From contig DXJG01000004.1 in assembly GCA_019056805.1 (NCBI GenBank), forward strand, positions 221,647 to 253,646: a DNA stretch of 32,000 nucleotides, written 5' to 3'. Below are positions 28,223 through 32,000 of this stretch, one piece after another (within the stretch, counting starts at the first letter, position 1; every line of letters starts with the position of its first letter). Source of the DNA: Candidatus Baldrarchaeota archaeon. GTDB taxonomy: Archaea > Asgardarchaeota > Baldrarchaeia > Baldrarchaeales > DXJG01. A program made the translations under genes and the position numbers. The notes under the pieces are model-generated. The model was not told where the DNA came from, did not search any database, and saw only the letters and a list, made by a program, of their open reading frames with translations.

Positions 28223-29008
28223 TTATAGTTGTTGAAAAGCTTTTTGCAAAGTTCTCACGATGGGAATAGAGATTATTAGACCGATTATTGCTTGGCCTAT
28301 GTTGAAGGGTATTTCGAAGAGGGCAAAAACTTCCATACCTAAAATGGCATATAGAATGAAATATTCGTAGAGGAAGTATCCAAGTACCATGACGCTCCCA
28401 GCAACTAGAACTGCGAGAACAAAGTTTGAAATCTCTGGACTAACCCTAGTTCCAACATATGCAATAGTGATACCTGAGATCACAGCTATAATTATCCAAA
28501 ATATCGAGTTCAAGGAAACAGAAGCCTTAAGGAGAGGTATATCTAGAAGTGGGCTTTCTCCACCTGACGGATTAATATATATGCCTAAAACCAAATCCCA
28601 AACTGAATTATAATATAGTACTCCAATTACTCCTATACATGAAGCAACTATTAAACCCAAGACAATGGGTAACTTTTTCTTTGCTTTTCCTCGGAAGCGT
28701 TGAAGTAGAAATCCAGCTAAATATCCCTCACAACCCTTTATTACAAGGGTGCCTGGAGCATATATAGAGTAACCTGTAGCTATATCAGCGAGAGCACTTC
28801 CAACTCCACCTGCAAAAGCTCCAACACAAGGACCAAAAAGCAGGGCAGAAATATATACGCCAATTTCTCCGACATTAAAGTAACCCTTGGTAGCAACTAT
28901 TGAGATTTGGAAAATCGAAGTAAGAACAAAAACCAAGGCCGTCATCATTCCGGTAACAGCTACATAATAAGCTTTTGAGCGTTCATCAATTTTTATCGGT
29001 ATTTGCAT
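28223..29008 (-). CDS. ECF transporter S component with an inserted TM hairpin
   Basis: GYFNVGE, GAFAGGVGSALAD, APGTLVIKGCEG and PFNIGQ; GGAGG SD. Confidence 0.85.
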   Translation of the reverse strand: MQIPIKIDERSKAYYVAVTGMMTALVFVLTSIFQISIVATKGYFNVGEIGVYISALLFGPCVGAFAGGVGSALADIATGYSIYAPGTLVIKGCEGYLAGFLLQRFRGKAKKKLPIVLGLIVASCIGVIGVLYYNSVWDLVLGIYINPSGGESPLLDIPLLKASVSLNSIFWIIIAVISGITIAYVGTRVSPEISNFVLAVLVAGSVMVLGYFLYEYFILYAILGMEVFALFEIPFNIGQAIIGLIISIPIVRTLQKAFQQL

Positions 29009-29015
29009 AGCTCAA

Positions 29016-29049
29016 CCTCCAACTTAGCCGACCTGCTAAGTGTTAGAGG
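29016..29049 (-). promoter_or_regulatory. 5'-UTR hairpin sequestering the SD of the ECF S gene
   Basis: mRNA CCUCUAA-CA-CUUAGC-AGGUCG-GCUAAG-UUGGAGG: 13 bp including one G-U pair, with a CA bulge. Confidence 0.55.
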
Positions 29050-29050
29050 A

Positions 29051-29068
29051 AACTTTAATATTAAAGTT
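29051..29068. promoter_or_regulatory. Perfect 18-bp palindrome AACTTTAATATTAAAGTT
   Basis: Self-complementary; lies between a TTTATATA box (29100-29093, minus strand) and the ECF S gene. Confidence 0.4.
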
Positions 29069-29189
29069 CTAACTTGTATATTTACAAAGTTATATATAAA
29101 CTTTATCTTCCAAAGAACAGAAATCAAAGATTATTACACATCAGATTTAAGTCAAAACAAATCTACCAGCAATGTATAACGATGAACCC

Positions 29190-30167
29190 CTACATATTCC
29201 CTCTATCATCTCCTGAAAACAAAATCGATTTAATCTTATCGATGTCAATATTACCTCCGCTAATTATTAAACAGACGTTATTTCCAAGAAGTTCTTTTTC
29301 CTTATTTAAAATGGAGGCAATAGTTACTGCAGCAGAACCTTCAATTAATAATCCCAGTTTTTCCAAGCTAAATTTTATTGCTTGCTTAATGTCTTCCTCA
29401 GAAACTAGAATAATCTCATCTACATACTTCTTTACAAAATCAAAGGTAATAGATCCTGTTTCGATATTTCCATGTAAACCGTCAGCTAAACTAGGTTTAA
29501 GAGATACTCTAACCAGTTTTCCTGCCTTGATTGATTCGTACATTGAGGGTGAATTCTCGGATTGAACCCCAATAACCTTTATATCTTTAGAAACTATTTT
29601 AGAGAAGAATGCAATACCTGAAATTAATCCTCCTCCTCCCACAGGTACAATAAACGTGTCAATATTAGGATTATCGGTAAAGGTTTCAAAAGCTATTGTT
29701 GCATTTCCTTCAATTATATCTAAATCATTATATGGTGAAATATAGATGATATTTTCTTGTTCTGCAAGTTTTTTAGCGTATTTCTCTGCCTCATCGTAAT
29801 CTTTCCCATAAAATATTATTTCAGAGCCATACTGCTTTATTTTATTCAATTTTACTTTTGCTACATTAGTTGGAACAACAATCTTACTTTTAACATTGAA
29901 ATTTTTTGAGGCATATGCAACAGCTAATCCATGATTACCTGTAGAAGCAGTAATTATCCCTCTCCTCTTAACACGGTCTATATTCTTTACTATTTTATTG
30001 AAAGCACCACGTACTTTGAACGAACCTGTAACTTGATAATTTTCAAATTTCAGAAAAACATTTTTCCCCAAGATATCACTCAAAATAGAAGAAAAATCTA
30101 AAGGAGTTTTCCTTACATAATTTTTTATTCTAAAATAAGCTTGGAAAACATCTTTTAAGGTTAACAT
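29190..30167 (-). CDS. Threonine/serine dehydratase (fold-type II PLP, no regulatory domain)
   Basis: KFENYQVTGSFKVRGA, STGNHG, PVGGGGL, IEGS and SGGN. Confidence 0.9.
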   Translation of the reverse strand: MLTLKDVFQAYFRIKNYVRKTPLDFSSILSDILGKNVFLKFENYQVTGSFKVRGAFNKIVKNIDRVKRRGIITASTGNHGLAVAYASKNFNVKSKIVVPTNVAKVKLNKIKQYGSEIIFYGKDYDEAEKYAKKLAEQENIIYISPYNDLDIIEGNATIAFETFTDNPNIDTFIVPVGGGGLISGIAFFSKIVSKDIKVIGVQSENSPSMYESIKAGKLVRVSLKPSLADGLHGNIETGSITFDFVKKYVDEIILVSEEDIKQAIKFSLEKLGLLIEGSAAVTIASILNKEKELLGNNVCLIISGGNIDIDKIKSILFSGDDRGNM

Positions 30168-30220
30168 ATTTTAACCTCCACTTATCGCATAAATATAAGC
30201 AATGTTCGAGTTTGATAAGG

Positions 30221-31780
30221 TTATGGTAAGTTTGCTATTTCGTATTCTGGTGGAAATTTTACGGTAAATGTGTATTCAATTTCTCTCTTTTCCCCTAGCT
30301 TTACTTCAAATTTCCACTTTAATATTCCCATGTTATTTTCCACTGGTTCAACAGATACTTTCTCTAGTGTCACTTCTATTTCTGGGTCTTTTGCTACTGG
30401 TATTTGATCTATTATCTCTGCATCTATAGGTGTTTTCTTATGATTTATTATTGTAAGTCTGTAAGTGTATTTTACGTATGCTTTATCTCTTAACACACCT
30501 TTCTTTTTCTCTTCTCTCTGTACCAGTTTTCTCTTTGTTTCTATGTTTTCATCCCACATAGTGGCAAATTCTACTTTTTGTCCAGGAGCTGTATATGGTA
30601 AGTTTGTTACACCTACAAATAGATCTCCCCTAAATATTCTACATTCTCCAGGAGATATGGTGAGTTCAGGGTTTTCAAACTCTACGATCTCTATAAAGCC
30701 AGGTTGTCTAAACGCGTACCAAACATACTTCGTTTTAACATTTATTTTATGAGAGGTTAACAATGCTAATTGAGGTTTGTTTGGATACAATGAAATGGGT
30801 TCTTTTATTTCAAAAGTTAAAAATTCACCTTCAATTACAGCAGCTTCTTCAAATGCAAGTTCTTCTTCAACTTCAGCTTTCATTTTAGCAACTCTTGGCG
30901 CTGCTATAGCAGGAATCAAAGTTCTCACTGGTCTCGCAGCTTTTACCATCTTCATCCTTTCTATGTACCAAGGTTGAGGTTCTGGTTTCGAGACAGGCTG
31001 AATAGTTTTTGTAGAAACCGTTAGTGAAACATTTTCCCAAGGTATAGTAGTCTTTTGCAAAATTTTAGCATACATTACCAAAGTAACTTCATTATCTCGT
31101 AAAATTAGATCATATGTTGGCATCCATGAAACCTTTGCCACATTATATTCAACCTCAAAAACATAATTTGTACGAGCAGTTGCTGAAGTTGTTAAGGTTA
31201 AAACACCTACTTCTTTTAACCTTCTTTTTTCTTCTGGGGTTAACAAACTTCTAATTTGTTCAATTTGAGAATTTACTTCTCTTAGCTGCTTCTCCTTCTC
31301 TACTAACTGTTTTAAATTTTCTTTACGGGTTTCAGTTAAATATTTAAGAGTTTTAGAAAGATTTTCTTCCACAGCCTCCCCCATTACTGCTCTTTTTCCA
31401 AAAGACATAATAATTCTATCCATAGAACTATCTATGGCATTGATCACCTGTTTAATCCCATCAATTTCATTCTCTAAAATTTCTTTTTGAACTTCCAATT
31501 TTCCTAACTCATCCAGCAATTTTCTTTTTGTTTCAATATCAATTTCCTCAACAGGTTTTTTAATTACGGAGAAATCCACATTTCTAACCTTTACGCCCTT
31601 ACTTGCAAAAACTCTTATCGAAGCTGGAATTACAGTATTCTCAATATTCATTAGCTTTATTTCATTTTCTCCCTCTTCTAGTTCAACAAAAAACTTTCGT
31701 CTCACAATCGCAGCGTTCCTATAAACAGCAACATTCTTAATTTCAGATTTTTTTACGAATATAGTATTCAAAAACTCCAC
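30221..31780 (-). CDS. DUF4140/DUF4139 (MuiA-like) protein
   Basis: VAVYRNAAIVRR N-terminus, coiled coil, SWMPTYD, LTVST, DQIPV and LKWKF. Confidence 0.85.
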   Translation of the reverse strand: MEFLNTIFVKKSEIKNVAVYRNAAIVRRKFFVELEEGENEIKLMNIENTVIPASIRVFASKGVKVRNVDFSVIKKPVEEIDIETKRKLLDELGKLEVQKEILENEIDGIKQVINAIDSSMDRIIMSFGKRAVMGEAVEENLSKTLKYLTETRKENLKQLVEKEKQLREVNSQIEQIRSLLTPEEKRRLKEVGVLTLTTSATARTNYVFEVEYNVAKVSWMPTYDLILRDNEVTLVMYAKILQKTTIPWENVSLTVSTKTIQPVSKPEPQPWYIERMKMVKAARPVRTLIPAIAAPRVAKMKAEVEEELAFEEAAVIEGEFLTFEIKEPISLYPNKPQLALLTSHKINVKTKYVWYAFRQPGFIEIVEFENPELTISPGECRIFRGDLFVGVTNLPYTAPGQKVEFATMWDENIETKRKLVQREEKKKGVLRDKAYVKYTYRLTIINHKKTPIDAEIIDQIPVAKDPEIEVTLEKVSVEPVENNMGILKWKFEVKLGEKREIEYTFTVKFPPEYEIANLP

Positions 31781-31912
31781 CTCAACATAACATTACATTT
31801 AATCTTAGATTAGTAATTCTAATGAATTACTTCCTTAACTCTTTCTATTTACCTTAACCTTTGTTCGCTTTAATTTTTGTGAGATAAGTTTAGAAGTTTC
31901 TCGCTTTGAAAT

Positions 31913-32000
31913 TTGACATTCTCCGCGGCTAAAGCCGGGAGATTCTGGGTTTGTCAGGCTTAACACCTTCATTCTACCCAGTTCGGGCTGTGTCAAAGCA
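31913..32000 (-). mobile_element. Right end of an IS200/IS605-family (tnpB-type) element, continuing beyond the window
   Basis: Minus strand GAATCTCCCGGCTTTAGCCGCGGAGAATGTCAA: sub-terminal hairpin (31920-31942) followed by TCAA at 31916-31913. Confidence 0.75.

Noticed and set aside
29074-29565. 163-aa plus-strand ORF, and other short antisense ORFs in the track such as 6190-6582
   Set aside because: They lie opposite well-supported genes and lack motifs.
1-32000. tRNA or rRNA genes
   Set aside because: No T-loop/cloverleaf motif or extended GC-rich structured segment was found by eye.

Overview
AT-rich archaeal chromosomal window. It has GGAGG/GGTGA ribosome-binding sites, TATA-like promoters, XPD and tandem KaiC/GvpD-like ATPases. 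A 7TM-longin-like protein and a double-Lrp regulator suggest an Asgard- or TACK-type thermophile (inference). Contents in order: wHTH-membrane gene, membrane-anchored protein, 6-TM protein, 1013-aa HerA/DUF87 ATPase with Zn-repeat and wHTH tail, frameshifted MFS transporter, two GvpD/RAD55-like paralogs flanking a 7TM-longin-Cys4 gene, sugar isomerase, XPD, SIS protein, frameshifted GNAT, and a truncated TreT fragment. Next is a three-gene micro-operon that includes an unannotated 40-aa signal-peptide-plus-nonapeptide ORF, divergent from a double-Lrp regulator. After that come amino-acid metabolism genes, a bactofilin-like protein, a surface glycoprotein, an ECF S component with an SD-masking hairpin, a DUF4139 protein and the right end of an IS200/IS605-type element. 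No tRNA, rRNA or CRISPR array was seen. The best candidate for a new system is the 18552-20833 peptide/regulator locus. All family calls come from motif recognition by eye; no searches were run.
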